DNA of 40,266 bases from Zetaproteobacteria bacterium (GTDB lineage Bacteria; Pseudomonadota; Zetaproteobacteria; Mariprofundales; Mariprofundaceae), in assembly GCA_021545645.1 (NCBI GenBank), contig JAJRWP010000108.1, positions 1 to 40,266 of the forward strand, written 5' to 3'. Under the pieces are notes generated by a model, which was given only the letters and a program-made list of their open reading frames with translations, made no database searches and was not told the DNA's origin. Position numbers and translations under genes: made by a program. Each line of letters opens with the position of its first letter. Positions within the stretch are counted from its first letter, which is position 1. Below, piece by piece: positions 9,717 to 19,613 of the stretch.

Positions 9717-10157
9717 TTAACGCTTGGCCGCAGCGAATTCCTGCTTGCGTAAATTCTTCGACAACGCATCCAGCACACCATTAACAAATGCGCGGCCCGG
9801 CTCGTCGGCATAGGCTTTGGTCAATTCCAGCGCTTCGTTGATAATCACCCGGTAGGGAATTTCCAGACGATTCATCATCTCCCAAATGGCAATACGCAGC
9901 ACATTATGCTCAATATGCGCAATGCTTCGCAGGCTGCGCCCGCGTACCGCGCCCTCAATAGCCGTATCGATCTCGGCCACTTGTTCGACCACCCCATGCA
10001 CAGTTTCGCGCAAATAGACGGCATCCTGATCTTCGCGGTCCGATTCATCGATGCGTCCGGCCAGCAATGCCGGAATCGCCGCCCCATCCTGCCCGGCACT
10101 GTGCCATGCATAGAGAATTTCCAGCGCCGATTGCCGTGCTTTATGTCGATTGGCCAA
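9717..10157 (-). CDS. nusB: transcription antitermination factor NusB
   Basis: 146 aa. ARQSALEILYAW N-terminus typical of NusB; follows ribH. The start is a TTG immediately after the ribH TGA, in the same reading frame. Confidence 0.9.
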   Translation of the reverse strand: MANRHKARQSALEILYAWHSAGQDGAAIPALLAGRIDESDREDQDAVYLRETVHGVVEQVAEIDTAIEGAVRGRSLRSIAHIEHNVLRIAIWEMMNRLEIPYRVIINEALELTKAYADEPGRAFVNGVLDALSKNLRKQEFAAAKR

Positions 10158-10637
10158 TCAAACCTCCCATTGGCGCAACAGCATGGCGATTTCCACTGCC
10201 GTCAGCGCCGCTTCCGCACCCTTATGCCCGTGCGCACCACCAATGCGCGCCTCGGCCTGCGCCTGCGTATCCACCGTCAAAACGCCGTTACCGATAGCAA
10301 TATCGCCGCGCATGGCAATATCGGCAATCATATCCATAGCAATGCGGCAAACATGATCGAAATGCGCCGTATCGCCGCGAATCACACAACCGAGGCAAAC
10401 CAGCGCATCGAATTGCCCGGAATCGGCCATACGCGCGGCCAACGTACCGATTTCCAATGCCCCCGGCACATGCACGACGTGCAAATCGCTTTCTACCGCA
10501 CCATTTTCAAACAAAGCCTGCTTAGCTCCGGCGAGCAGCGCTTCGGTAATATCTTCGTTAAAACGGCTGACAATCAGACCGATGCGCATGCCCGTGGCAT
10601 CCACATTTCCGGATAATTGCGGTGCATCCAGACTCAT
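10158..10637 (-). CDS. ribH: 6,7-dimethyl-8-ribityllumazine synthase
   Basis: 159 aa. RIGLIVSRFN and VPGALEI motifs. The ATG overlaps the ribBA stop (ATGA). Confidence 0.95.
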   Translation of the reverse strand: MSLDAPQLSGNVDATGMRIGLIVSRFNEDITEALLAGAKQALFENGAVESDLHVVHVPGALEIGTLAARMADSGQFDALVCLGCVIRGDTAHFDHVCRIAMDMIADIAMRGDIAIGNGVLTVDTQAQAEARIGGAHGHKGAEAALTAVEIAMLLRQWEV

Positions 10638-11812
10638 TCGGACTCCTTGTTCATATTCAGTAAATGACCCATTTTATCGCGTTTGGTGGTTAAATAAGCA
10701 ATATTGTCCTCGTGCGCCGAAGTTTCCAACTGCACGCGCTCGCAAACCTCCAGACCATAACCGTCCAATGCGACGATTTTCTTCGGGTTGTTGGTCAATA
10801 AATTCAGCTTGCGCAGGCCCAAATCACGCAAAATCTGTGCGCCGATACCGTAATCGCGCAAATCGGCACGAAAACCGAGTTTCTTATTGGCATCGACCGT
10901 ATCATGCCCGGCATCCTGCAAATTATAGGCTTTCAGCTTGTTAAACAGGCCGATTCCGCGCCCTTCCTGACGCAAATACAAAATCACCCCGCAACCGGCT
11001 GCCGCTACCTGGCGCATTGCTGCATGCAATTGCGAACCGCAATCGCAGCGCCGCGAAGTGAACACATCGCCGGTTAAACATTCGGAATGCACGCGCACCA
11101 AGCACGGCGTATCGCCGTCCGGCTCGCCCATGACCAGCGCCACATGTTCCGCCTGATCGACGGCGTTGGAAAAACCGATCATTTTGAAATCGCCGAATTC
11201 GGTGGGCAGGCGCACCTCCACCTCACGTTTAACCAGCGAATCGAATTTCAGGCGATGGCGAATAATATCGGCAATACAGCCGACTTTAAGGCCGTGCTGA
11301 CGGGCGAAAGTTTTGAGTTCCGGCATGCGCGCCATGCTGCCATCTTCGTTCATGATTTCGCAGATGACCGCCGCCGATTTCAAGCCTGCCAAGCGCGACA
11401 AATCAATGCTCGCCTCGGTATGTCCGGCGCGCACCAGCACCCCGCCAGATTTGGCCACCAACGGGAAAATATGCCCCGGACTGACCACATCGTCCGGCCC
11501 CGAATCCGCATCGGAAGCCACACGAATCGTCTGCGCCCGGTCAAATGCGGAAATACCGGTGGTTACCCCTTCGGCCGCTTCGATGGACACGGTAAATGCC
11601 GATTTAAACTTGGCATTGGAATCCTGAACCATCAACGGAATACGCAACTGATGAATTTGCTCCTCGGTCAACGCCAAGCAAATCAAGCCGCGCGCATGCG
11701 TGGCCATGAAATTGACCGCTTCCGGGGTTATCCATTCTGCGGCCATGACCAAATCGCCTTCGTTCTCGCGATCCTCGTCGTCGGCCAACACAATCATGCG
11801 CCCGGCGCGCAA
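10634..11812 (-). CDS. ribBA: bifunctional 3,4-dihydroxy-2-butanone-4-phosphate synthase / GTP cyclohydrolase II
   Basis: 392 aa. DDEDRENEGDL (RibB) and VHSECLTGDVF...CDCG (RibA zinc site). TTG start 9 nt after the ribE stop; there is no ATG/GTG/TTG further upstream in frame, although the frame stays open. Confidence 0.93.
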   Translation of the reverse strand: MRAGRMIVLADDEDRENEGDLVMAAEWITPEAVNFMATHARGLICLALTEEQIHQLRIPLMVQDSNAKFKSAFTVSIEAAEGVTTGISAFDRAQTIRVASDADSGPDDVVSPGHIFPLVAKSGGVLVRAGHTEASIDLSRLAGLKSAAVICEIMNEDGSMARMPELKTFARQHGLKVGCIADIIRHRLKFDSLVKREVEVRLPTEFGDFKMIGFSNAVDQAEHVALVMGEPDGDTPCLVRVHSECLTGDVFTSRRCDCGSQLHAAMRQVAAAGCGVILYLRQEGRGIGLFNKLKAYNLQDAGHDTVDANKKLGFRADLRDYGIGAQILRDLGLRKLNLLTNNPKKIVALDGYGLEVCERVQLETSAHEDNIAYLTTKRDKMGHLLNMNKESE

Positions 11813-11820
11813 TTCTTCGA

Positions 11821-12462
11821 TCAGTTCTTCGCAACTCGCCCAGCTAATATCGTTTCTTCTCCTGTGGTTTTTTCTGTCTTGCCCATCAGCCGTTCCACAT
11901 AACGACCCAGCAAATCGGTTTCGATATTCACCCGATCACCGATATTCAGTGCTCCCAAATTGGTGTGCGCCAGCGTATGCGGAATCAGATTCACGGTAAA
12001 GTCGCAATCATCGGCTTCGTTGACCGTCAAACTCACGCCGTTCACCGCCACCGAACCTTTATGCACCACATAATGCACAAGTGCTGCCGGTAGCGAAAAA
12101 CGCATCACCCGATGTTCGCCTATCATGTCCATTTCTTCCAAGCGCCCGATACCGTCGATATGCCCACTGACCAAATGTCCACCCAAGGCATCGCCCATGC
12201 GCAGCGCAGGCTCCAGATTGACCTTCTGGCCTTCAGAAACAGCATCGAACGTCGTCAAATCAAGGGTTTCCTGCGATAACGTGACATCGAAAACCCCCGC
12301 ATCAAGACGGGTCGCAGTCAGGCAGCAACCATCGACGGCAATCGAATCGCCAAGCTGCCAAACGGACGTATCCAAAGCCGTGGCAATGCTGAAATGGGTT
12401 TGCGCCTTTTCCCGCGCAACAGACGCGATGCGCCCTACATCTTGAATAATACCGGTAAACAT
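11821..12462 (-). CDS. ribE: riboflavin synthase alpha chain
   Basis: 213 aa. MFTGIIQDVG N-terminus and the internal duplicated lumazine-binding repeat (GDSIAVDGCCLT / GSVAVNGVSLT). Confidence 0.95.
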   Translation of the reverse strand: MFTGIIQDVGRIASVAREKAQTHFSIATALDTSVWQLGDSIAVDGCCLTATRLDAGVFDVTLSQETLDLTTFDAVSEGQKVNLEPALRMGDALGGHLVSGHIDGIGRLEEMDMIGEHRVMRFSLPAALVHYVVHKGSVAVNGVSLTVNEADDCDFTVNLIPHTLAHTNLGALNIGDRVNIETDLLGRYVERLMGKTEKTTGEETILAGRVAKN

Positions 12463-12592
12463 GTCGGCGCAGTCTATCCATGATGCAGCCGCGATGCACC
12501 CGCTCTGACATGGGGTGTTCTTTTACATCTCGCCACGTCTTCTCGGAAACCTGTAAGCAATTTGACTTAAGGGGTTGACTGAAAGAATGGCC

Positions 12593-13513
12593 TTAAGGCG
12601 AATTGCTTTCGCGAGCCTCTTCAATCAGCCACGCCCTGAATGCGGCCATTTCCTTGCTTTCTTTACGGCTGATCGGCCAGACCAGATAATAGGCGCTGGT
12701 GGTCGGCAGGGTTTGCGCAAAGGGTTGCATAAGCCGCCCGTCTTTTAGTTCTTCCTGCACCAAAAGCGGATCGATAATGGCCACGCCGAGGCCGCGAATG
12801 GCCGCAGCAATGGCAAAATTGCGTGTTTCGAATTGCTGCTGCTGGCGGGGTTTGAGACTGCCGAGCTTGGCTGCCGTCAGCCACATTCGCCAATCATCGG
12901 GGCGCAGTTTTGAGTGCAGAAGCGTGTGTTTAGCCAAGTCGGCGGGTTGATTCAGCGGCGCGTCATTGGTTGGCAGATCGGGGCTGCACACCGGGGTGAA
13001 TTGCTCGTCCAGCAAACGCAAGACCTTGGTTCCGGGCCACAAGCCCTGCCCGGAACGAATCGCGCAATCGACATCCTCCTGCTCGAAATCGACAAGTTCG
13101 ATGCCGGTACTCATGCGCACCTCAATATCCGGGTGCTGTTGCTGAAAACGATACAGGCGCGGAATAAACCAGCGCATGGCGAAGGTGGACAGCATGCTGA
13201 CGGTGATAGCCCTAGGATGTGTTGTGGGGCGAATGCTGTGAATTGCATCGCTCAATTGCGTAAAAGCAGCGGCGATTTGCGGGTGCAGGGTTTTGCCGAT
13301 TCGGGTTAAGCGAAGTCCCTGCCGCTGGCGGATGAATAATTTAACGCCCAATTGCTCTTCCAAATGGCGGATTTGATGGCTGAGCGCGGAAGCAGTGACA
13401 AAAAGCTCGGCGGCGGCGATGCGCAGATTCAGATGCGAACCGGCCACGGCAAACGCGCGCAAGGCATTTAAGGAAGGCAGTTGGGAGGCCTTGGACTTGT
13501 CTGTATCAGACAT
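12593..13513 (-). CDS. LysR-family transcriptional regulator (GcvA-like), divergent from leuCD
   Basis: 306 aa. N-terminal wHTH LNALRAFAVAGSHLNLRIAAAELFVTASALSHQIRHLEEQLGVKLF followed by a LysR substrate-binding domain. Confidence 0.9.
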   Translation of the reverse strand: MSDTDKSKASQLPSLNALRAFAVAGSHLNLRIAAAELFVTASALSHQIRHLEEQLGVKLFIRQRQGLRLTRIGKTLHPQIAAAFTQLSDAIHSIRPTTHPRAITVSMLSTFAMRWFIPRLYRFQQQHPDIEVRMSTGIELVDFEQEDVDCAIRSGQGLWPGTKVLRLLDEQFTPVCSPDLPTNDAPLNQPADLAKHTLLHSKLRPDDWRMWLTAAKLGSLKPRQQQQFETRNFAIAAAIRGLGVAIIDPLLVQEELKDGRLMQPFAQTLPTTSAYYLVWPISRKESKEMAAFRAWLIEEARESNSP

Positions 13514-13647
13514 GAGAAAAACTCAACATAACGAAAGAATATATCCTTTTATTTGTTTGTGCATTAACTTTATATTGCGCATCTCTATTGAGAATTATTT
13601 TGAGTTATATTTCGATTTTTCTGATTTTATTTGCATGGGAGCCTGCG

Positions 13648-15051
13648 ATGGGCAAAACACTGTTTGACAAAGTATGGGCGCAACACGTCGTGAAAACCAA
13701 CGACGATGGTTCGACCTTGTTATATATCGACCGGCATTTGGTGCACGAAGTGACCAGTCCGCAAGCCTTCGAGGGCTTGCGTTTGACGGGCCGCAAACCG
13801 TGGCGTGTCAATGCTGCAGTGGCCACCCCCGATCACAATGTTCCGACAACGGACCGGGCTAAGGGAATTACCGACCCTGTGTCACGCACACAAGTCGAGG
13901 CGCTGGACAGCAATTGCCGCGATTTCGGCATCACCGAATTTGGCCTAGACGATATTCGCCAAGGCATTGTGCATGTGGTCGGCCCGGAACAAGGCTTGGT
14001 TTTACCGGGCATGACGGTGGTGTGCGGCGATTCGCACACCTCCACGCACGGCGCATTCGGGGCCATTGCCATGGGTATCGGTACATCCGAGGTCGAGCAT
14101 GTGTTGGCCACCCAATGTTTGATTCAGAAAAAACCGAAAAGCATGCGTATTCGCGTGGACGGTGATTTACCGACGGGCATCACCGGCAAGGACGTGGCGC
14201 TGTATATTATCGGCAAGATCGGCACAGCAGGCGGCACAGGTTACGCCATCGAATTCGCCGGTTCGGCGATTCGCCAGTTATCCATGGAAAGCCGTATGAG
14301 CCTGTGCAATATGACCATCGAAGCAGGTGCGCGTTGCGGCATGATTGCGGTCGATGATGTGACCTTGGACTATGTAAAAAACCGTCCGTATTCGCCAACC
14401 GGTGAGACCTTGCAACAAGCCGAAGCTGCTTGGCGCGAATTGCATTCGGATGACGATGCAGTATTCGATTCGGAGATGCGCTTTGCTGCCGCCGATATTG
14501 CGCCGCAGGTTAGTTGGGGTACAAGCCCGGAAATGGTGCAATCGGTGACTTCTGCGGTTCCGCATCTGGCCGATGCCAAAGATGCCGTACAACAAGAGGG
14601 TTGGCAGCATGCACTGGCTTATATGGATTTACAGGCAGGCACGAAAATCACCGATATTGCCGTCGATAAAGTGTTTATCGGCTCTTGTACCAACGGACGG
14701 ATTGAAGATTTCCGTGCAGCGGCAGCGATTGTTAAAGGCCATAAGGTTGCGGCAAGCATTACCTTGGCGATGGTGGTTCCGGGTTCCGGACTGGTTAAAA
14801 AACAGGCCGAAGAAGAGGGACTGGATGTGATTTTCCGCGCTGCCGGATTTGAGTGGCGGGAGCCGGGTTGTTCGATGTGTTTGGCCATGAATGCAGATCG
14901 TTTAGCACCGGGAGAGCGTTGCGCTTCGACCAGCAATCGCAATTTCGAAGGTCGCCAAGGCATGGGCGGACGCACGCATTTGGTCAGTCCGGCAATGGCC
15001 GCAGCAGCGGCAATTAAAGGGCATTTTGTCGATGTCCGCGATTGGGCATAA
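13648..15051 (+). CDS. leuC: 3-isopropylmalate dehydratase large subunit
   Basis: Start moved to ATG 13648 ([10 protein letters not shown]...), preceded by GGGA. Aconitase-family motifs VCGDSHT and GSCTNGR, plus CSMCLAMN. Confidence 0.95.
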   Translation: MGKTLFDKVWAQHVVKTNDDGSTLLYIDRHLVHEVTSPQAFEGLRLTGRKPWRVNAAVATPDHNVPTTDRAKGITDPVSRTQVEALDSNCRDFGITEFGLDDIRQGIVHVVGPEQGLVLPGMTVVCGDSHTSTHGAFGAIAMGIGTSEVEHVLATQCLIQKKPKSMRIRVDGDLPTGITGKDVALYIIGKIGTAGGTGYAIEFAGSAIRQLSMESRMSLCNMTIEAGARCGMIAVDDVTLDYVKNRPYSPTGETLQQAEAAWRELHSDDDAVFDSEMRFAAADIAPQVSWGTSPEMVQSVTSAVPHLADAKDAVQQEGWQHALAYMDLQAGTKITDIAVDKVFIGSCTNGRIEDFRAAAAIVKGHKVAASITLAMVVPGSGLVKKQAEEEGLDVIFRAAGFEWREPGCSMCLAMNADRLAPGERCASTSNRNFEGRQGMGGRTHLVSPAMAAAAAIKGHFVDVRDWA

Positions 15052-15077
15052 GTAAAAACCGGAGATAGGAGAAAGAT

Positions 15078-15716
15078 ATGCAGCCGTTTACCACATTAAA
15101 AGGCCTCGTCGCACCGATGGATCGCGCCAATGTCGATACCGATGCGATTATTCCCAAGCAATTCCTGAAATCTATCAAACGCACCGGCTACGGGCCGTAT
15201 TTGTTTGATGAATGGCGTTATCAAGACCAAGGCGAGCCGGGTATGGATTGCACAAACCGTCCGATAAAAAGCGATTTTGTACTTAATCGGCCGCGTTATC
15301 AGGGTGCATCTATTCTGCTGGCGCGCGAGAACTTCGGCTGCGGTTCGTCGCGCGAGCATGCGCCTTGGGCGCTGCTGGATTACGGTTTTCGCTGCATTAT
15401 TGCCCCGTCTTTTGCGGATATTTTTTACAATAACTGCTTCAAAAACGGCATTTTACCGATTGTGCTGACCAGTGATGCAATGGATGCCCTGTTCAAGGCT
15501 TGCCAGGCCGAACAGGGCTACAAGCTGAAGATTGATTTGGCGGCGCAGACGGTGACAACGCCGACAAACGAGGTTCTGAATTTCGATGTCGATGCTTTTC
15601 GCAAGCACTGCCTGCTCAACGGTCTCGACGATATTGCTTTGACCTTGGAGCATGCTGACGACATTCATGCCTACGAGGAAAAACGGCGCAACGAAGCACC
15701 GTGGCTTGCTTTATAA
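15078..15716 (+). CDS. leuD: 3-isopropylmalate dehydratase small subunit
   Basis: 212 aa. [17 protein letters not shown] motif. SD GGAGA upstream; immediately follows leuC. Confidence 0.95.
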   Translation: MQPFTTLKGLVAPMDRANVDTDAIIPKQFLKSIKRTGYGPYLFDEWRYQDQGEPGMDCTNRPIKSDFVLNRPRYQGASILLARENFGCGSSREHAPWALLDYGFRCIIAPSFADIFYNNCFKNGILPIVLTSDAMDALFKACQAEQGYKLKIDLAAQTVTTPTNEVLNFDVDAFRKHCLLNGLDDIALTLEHADDIHAYEEKRRNEAPWLAL

Positions 15717-15839
15717 TCTTCGATTCTGTGCGTCCGGCAACAGACGCGAATTCTTCGCTCAGGGGGAGCAATTCCCCGGTGACAGACGCAGCACTTTGGC
15801 TATGATGCCAGTTCAATATTTTATCTGTGGAGATAAATC

Positions 15840-16526
15840 ATGCGTACAACAATGAAATACGGTTTTTCTTTGATTTTGCTGATGGCCTTGGCCGCTTGTG
15901 CCACCGCGCCTAACGATCCGTATGCACAAACCAAACAAAAAGCGGCAGCCGGCGCGGCACTGGGCGCATTGGCTGGTGCGGTGATCGGTTATCAGGGCGA
16001 TCATTCGGGTGGCGCTTTGAAAGGCGCTTTGCTTGGCGCAGCGGCAGGTGGCGCTGTCGGTGCTGGCGTTGGCCGTTATATGGATAAGCAGCAGGCCGAA
16101 TTCGAGCAACGGCTGGTCTCTGAGCAGCGCGCGCACCAGATTGAAATCGAGCGCCTGCGCAACGAGAACCTGAAAATCACCATGAGCAGCGAGGTCTCGT
16201 TCGATTTGGATTCGGCACAGATTAAATCAGCGTTTGCCCAATCGCTGGATAAGGTTGCCGATATTCTCAACCGCTACCCGCGCACCTCAATCAAAATCAT
16301 CGGACACACCGACGATTCTGGTTCTGCATCCTACAATCAGAATCTATCCGAGCAGCGGGCACGTTCGGTGGCCTATTATCTCGAAGATCAGGGCGTCAGT
16401 GGCAGCCGAATCCGCACCGAAGGACGTGGTGAAGATCAGCCGCGTGCCAGCAATGCCAGTGCGGCGGGTAGGCAGTTGAATCGCCGCGTGGAAATGCTCA
16501 TCGTACCGGATAAAGATATTCAATAA
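15840..16526 (+). CDS. OmpA-family lipoprotein with N-terminal glycine-zipper segment
   Basis: Signal peptide and lipobox LMALAAC. Glycine zipper GAALGALAGAVIGY..GALLGAAAGGAVGAGVG. C-terminal OmpA_C motifs (GHTDDSGSASYNQNLSEQRA, NRRVEMLIV). Confidence 0.85.
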   Translation: MRTTMKYGFSLILLMALAACATAPNDPYAQTKQKAAAGAALGALAGAVIGYQGDHSGGALKGALLGAAAGGAVGAGVGRYMDKQQAEFEQRLVSEQRAHQIEIERLRNENLKITMSSEVSFDLDSAQIKSAFAQSLDKVADILNRYPRTSIKIIGHTDDSGSASYNQNLSEQRARSVAYYLEDQGVSGSRIRTEGRGEDQPRASNASAAGRQLNRRVEMLIVPDKDIQ

Positions 16527-16546
16527 TCCCCTTGCCAGCTATAGAA

Positions 16547-16587
16547 CGGCCCGGTCGGACATGTTGTTCCTGCCGGGCCTTTTTTTG
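16547..16587 (+). terminator. rho-independent terminator after the OmpA-like gene
   Basis: GGCCCGG (16548-16554) pairs with CCGGGCC (16573-16579), followed by T7 (16580-16586), 20 nt after the stop codon. Confidence 0.55.
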
Positions 16588-16701
16588 GCTTTTTCGTATT
16601 TTCTTTGCAAACAAAAGCTCGCCTGCCGCCAGTGAACGGCATGTAATATTCTATTGCATGAACTATACTAACGATAACTGAATCAGCAGGAGGTGATGGC
16701 A

Positions 16702-17238
16702 ATGCGCAAAATATGGATGCTTTCTATAGCAATGTTGATAGGGGCAACACCTTCAATGGCTGGCGACAAGGGATTAATGGGCGCATTGCTCGGTGCGGGC
16801 GCGGGCGCGGCTATCGGACATGCAGCGGACCGCAGCGGCGGATCGGGTAAAGGTGCGGTGATTGGTGCGCTGGGCGGTTATTTTATCGGCAATCAAATGG
16901 ATAAAAACGAACAAAAGGCGAAACAAGCCCCCGTACAGTCGAGAACACAACCGGCAACGTATCAAGGCGGTGCACAGTTGGCCGGACGCGATTGCGCTGC
17001 AGCGGAGAATTATGTCAGTCGTGCGGCGGGCAGCAGCAATAACGACGACAGGATTTATTTTCTCGAAAAGGCGGTGAAATTATGCCCGGATCATGCGCAA
17101 GCGCATAACGATCTCGGTGTGGCGTATTATTCGCGCAACGAACCCCATGACCGGGACCGGGCAAAAAGCGAATTCAACGATGCACTACGCATCAACCCGA
17201 ACTACAGCGTAGCCCGCGACAATTTGCGTAGCTTGTAA
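16702..17238 (+). CDS. secreted glycine-zipper protein with C-terminal TPR-like repeat
   Basis: Start chosen at ATG 16702, 9 nt after AGGAGG. Signal peptide MRKIWMLSIAMLIGATPSMAG. Glycine zipper GALLGAGAGAAIGH..GAVIGALGGYFIG. The C-terminus AHNDLGVAYYSRNE...FNDALRINPNY is TPR-like. Confidence 0.6.
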   Translation: MRKIWMLSIAMLIGATPSMAGDKGLMGALLGAGAGAAIGHAADRSGGSGKGAVIGALGGYFIGNQMDKNEQKAKQAPVQSRTQPATYQGGAQLAGRDCAAAENYVSRAAGSSNNDDRIYFLEKAVKLCPDHAQAHNDLGVAYYSRNEPHDRDRAKSEFNDALRINPNYSVARDNLRSL

Positions 17239-17264
17239 CGGAGAAGCTTGAACGGCGCGGCTTT

Positions 17265-17741
17265 TTAACCGCCACTGCCCGATGAAGAAGGGCCGACTTT
17301 GATGATTATACGCGTTTCCAACATGCCGGATTTGATAGAAATCTGGCAACTCCGGTTATCTTTCAAGTAAAACAAATCGATATTCTGATCCTTGTAGGCA
17401 TTGATAAAACGCCAACCCTGCGACGGCATCTGCTCGCGGAAAAAACCGTTGACGCTATTCGGGTCAATGCGGTGTCCGGTATACACCATCACCCCGATGA
17501 CTGTGCCCGGTGCTTCGTAAATAAAGCTCTGATCATCTTGGCGGGTAAGCTCGCGCGGAATAGGAATATCGCCGAATTCGGCAATCACCGGCGGCGGAAC
17601 CGCTTTGCCGTCGCTGCTAACCGCTGCGGTTTCCGGCGAATCTTTGCTGGCTAACGGATTGCTAAAACCATTGGCCGTCACGCAGGAAGCCAACGACACG
17701 GCCAGTAAAAGCGCAAGTCCGAATTTGGAAGTGATGTGCAT
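17265..17741 (-). CDS. hypothetical lipoprotein
   Basis: Start moved to ATG 17741, preceded by GAGGAGA. MHITSKFGLALLLAVSLASC has a signal peptide and lipobox. The upstream part of the tracked ORF overlaps rlmN and is not credible. Confidence 0.6.
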   Translation of the reverse strand: MHITSKFGLALLLAVSLASCVTANGFSNPLASKDSPETAAVSSDGKAVPPPVIAEFGDIPIPRELTRQDDQSFIYEAPGTVIGVMVYTGHRIDPNSVNGFFREQMPSQGWRFINAYKDQNIDLFYLKDNRSCQISIKSGMLETRIIIKVGPSSSGSGG

Positions 17742-17835
17742 ACTTTTTCTCCTCACAATAGCCCTCAAGTTGTTCAAGCCTGTAAGACTGCCGCAAGCGG
17801 TGGTTGTCTGACAAGTTATTTGCGTGTTTTTCGGC

Positions 17836-18909
17836 TTATGCAGCGGTGGCTGCCATCCGTTTTTGGCGGATTTCGGTGCGCAACTGGCCGCAGGCAGCGG
17901 AAATGTCGCGCCCACGCGATTGACGAACCACAACAACCTGACTGGCACGGCCAAGAATATCGCGGAAGCTAAGCACACGTTGTGCGCTCGGGCGTTTAAA
18001 CGCGCTGCCGGGAAAATCATTAAACGGCAGCAGATTGATGGTGCAAGGCAGATCGCGCAGCAGTAAATTCAGGCGATGCGCATCGGCATCGCTATCGTTA
18101 ACGTCGGCGAGCAGCACATATTCGATAAGAACGCGTTTTTTTCCGGCAGTGGCAAAACGCTGCATCCATTCAAGCACTTCGGCAATCGGCCAGCGGCGGT
18201 TAATCGGCATAATACGGTTGCGTGTTGCATCCTCGCTGGCATTCAGCGATAGCGCCAGATTGCAGGGTAAATCATCTTCGATCATGCGTTTAATCCCCGG
18301 CACATGCCCGGCGGTTGAAATAGTAATGCGTTTTGGTGCTAAAGCCATGCCCTTGGGATCGCTTGCAATGCGTACAAAGCGGCAAACGGCATCGTAATTA
18401 TGCATCGGCTCGCCCATGCCCATCAGCACCAGATTACGCGGTTTTTGACCGGTGTATTCTTGCGCGGCAAAAATCTGCCCGACCATTTCCGCTGTACTCA
18501 GATTGCGGGTCAGACCGCCGGTTGCAGTCAGGCAGAAGGTGCAGCCGACCGCGCAACCGATTTGCGTCGAAATACACTGCGTTAAACGGCCTTTGCTGGG
18601 AATCAGCACGGTTTCGATTTCTTTGCCGTCATTCATGCGCAGCAGCAATTTGAATGTGCCATCCTCGGCCTGCTGGCTGGCGCTGAGTGCGGGATGCATG
18701 CGCGTTGTGTGTTCGTTCAGGAAACGATAAAAATCCTGCGGCAGTTCGGGAATCGCTTGCACATCCTGATTGCCGTAACGGAAAATATGCGCGCGCAACG
18801 TATCCGCATGCGAGCTTTTAACGCCGCCTTGCGCACACAAAGCAAGCAAATCGTCGTAGCTCATGCCGATGAGCGCGGGACGCGAATCTGTTGCCTGAAA
18901 ATCAATCAT
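17836..18909 (-). CDS. rlmN: 23S rRNA/tRNA adenine-C2 methyltransferase RlmN (radical SAM)
   Basis: 357 aa. Radical-SAM cluster CAVGCTFCLT and C-terminal GRDISAACGQL motif. Confidence 0.95.
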   Translation of the reverse strand: MIDFQATDSRPALIGMSYDDLLALCAQGGVKSSHADTLRAHIFRYGNQDVQAIPELPQDFYRFLNEHTTRMHPALSASQQAEDGTFKLLLRMNDGKEIETVLIPSKGRLTQCISTQIGCAVGCTFCLTATGGLTRNLSTAEMVGQIFAAQEYTGQKPRNLVLMGMGEPMHNYDAVCRFVRIASDPKGMALAPKRITISTAGHVPGIKRMIEDDLPCNLALSLNASEDATRNRIMPINRRWPIAEVLEWMQRFATAGKKRVLIEYVLLADVNDSDADAHRLNLLLRDLPCTINLLPFNDFPGSAFKRPSAQRVLSFRDILGRASQVVVVRQSRGRDISAACGQLRTEIRQKRMAATAA

Positions 18910-18921
18910 CGCTTAACGCCG

Positions 18922-18961
18922 AACAATGAAAACGGGCGGCTCTGATAGCAGAACCGCCCGT
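18922..18961 (-). terminator. probable rho-independent terminator downstream of fdxA
   Basis: Perfect 8-bp stem ACGGGCGG (18932-18939) / CCGCCCGT (18954-18961). On the minus strand it is followed by TTTCATTGTT. Confidence 0.45.
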
Positions 18962-19007
18962 GTATTCTTTGAAAAACTTGCGAACAGAATATTGAGAAAC
19001 CGCGTTG

Positions 19008-19352
19008 TTAAAGGCCGAAAAGCGCTTTTCTGGCGGCAACCTCTTCGGCACTCGGCGGCTCGTGTTCGGTGACTTCGGCAAGAACGAAGGCATCGCGATT
19101 GGTATCGCAATCTTCATTCAAAACAATATCGCTGGTGAACACTTCCGGCACGTCTTCTTCGGGATAAATCGCTTCCCACGGGCATTCCGGCTCGCAAACA
19201 GCGCAATCAATGCATTCTTCCGGCGAGATATACAGCATATTCGGCGTTTTCTCGGTGATTTCCTTGGGCTGATAGAAACAATCCACCGGGCAGACATCAA
19301 CGCATGCCGTATCAACACAATCTTTACAAATTTGGGTTACAACAAAGGCCAT
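19008..19352 (-). CDS. fdxA: 7Fe-type ferredoxin (3Fe-4S plus 4Fe-4S)
   Basis: 114 aa. [27 protein letters not shown] ... [16 protein letters not shown] closely parallels Azotobacter-type ferredoxin I. Confidence 0.9.
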   Translation of the reverse strand: MAFVVTQICKDCVDTACVDVCPVDCFYQPKEITEKTPNMLYISPEECIDCAVCEPECPWEAIYPEEDVPEVFTSDIVLNEDCDTNRDAFVLAEVTEHEPPSAEEVAARKALFGL

Positions 19353-19546
19353 GTCAACCTCACTTCAATGATTTATGCGCGCAATCTAGCATACTCCTTG
19401 CGCCAGCGTCACGCCTTCGCGTGCTTTGCCTGACGCATCCCGATTCCCCATATAAAGAGCCCTAAAAATAAACTGCCGCCCGCCAAGCCCTTCCGCGTAT
19501 CGCCTTCTTGATTCTGAAAATAACTATCGCCTTATTTGTAGTAGCC

Positions 19547-19574
19547 TTGAAAAATTAGCGGCTTACTGCATAAT
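19547..19574 (+). promoter_or_regulatory. candidate sigma70 promoter for the 126-aa ORF
   Basis: TTGAAA (19547-19552), 16-nt spacer, CATAAT (19569-19574), about 40 nt upstream of ATG 19614, which has a GGAGGGA SD. Confidence 0.3.
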
Positions 19575-19613
19575 CAGTATTAATATACCTGTGGGGACAG
19601 ATGGAGGGAAAGA

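Noticed and set aside
12463-12592. Looked for an FMN (RFN) riboswitch upstream of the ribE-ribBA-ribH operon.
   Set aside because: The 130-nt leader lacks the conserved RFN core elements and is too short for the five-helix aptamer plus an expression platform.
12558-12598. Hairpin CTTAAGG-N18-CCTTAAG overlapping the LysR stop codon, as a possible terminator.
   Set aside because: The stem relies on the self-complementary CTTAAG motif, the loop is large, and no U-run follows on the minus strand.
13588-13647. N-terminal extension of leuC ([21 protein letters not shown]) as a possible leucine-attenuation leader peptide.
   Set aside because: It is in frame with and continuous into leuC. It begins with TTG, has no run of consecutive Leu codons and no following terminator/antiterminator structure. 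The ATG at 13648 with an SD is the credible start.
19563-19590. dif-like 28-mer TTACTGCATAA-TCAGTA-TTAATATACCT at the edge of islet 1 (possible XerCD/IMEX integration site).
   Set aside because: Only about 15 of 28 positions match the gamma-proteobacterial dif consensus as I recall it. That includes a poor XerD arm, which is normally the best-conserved part. The sequence is better explained as the -10 region of the ORF promoter.
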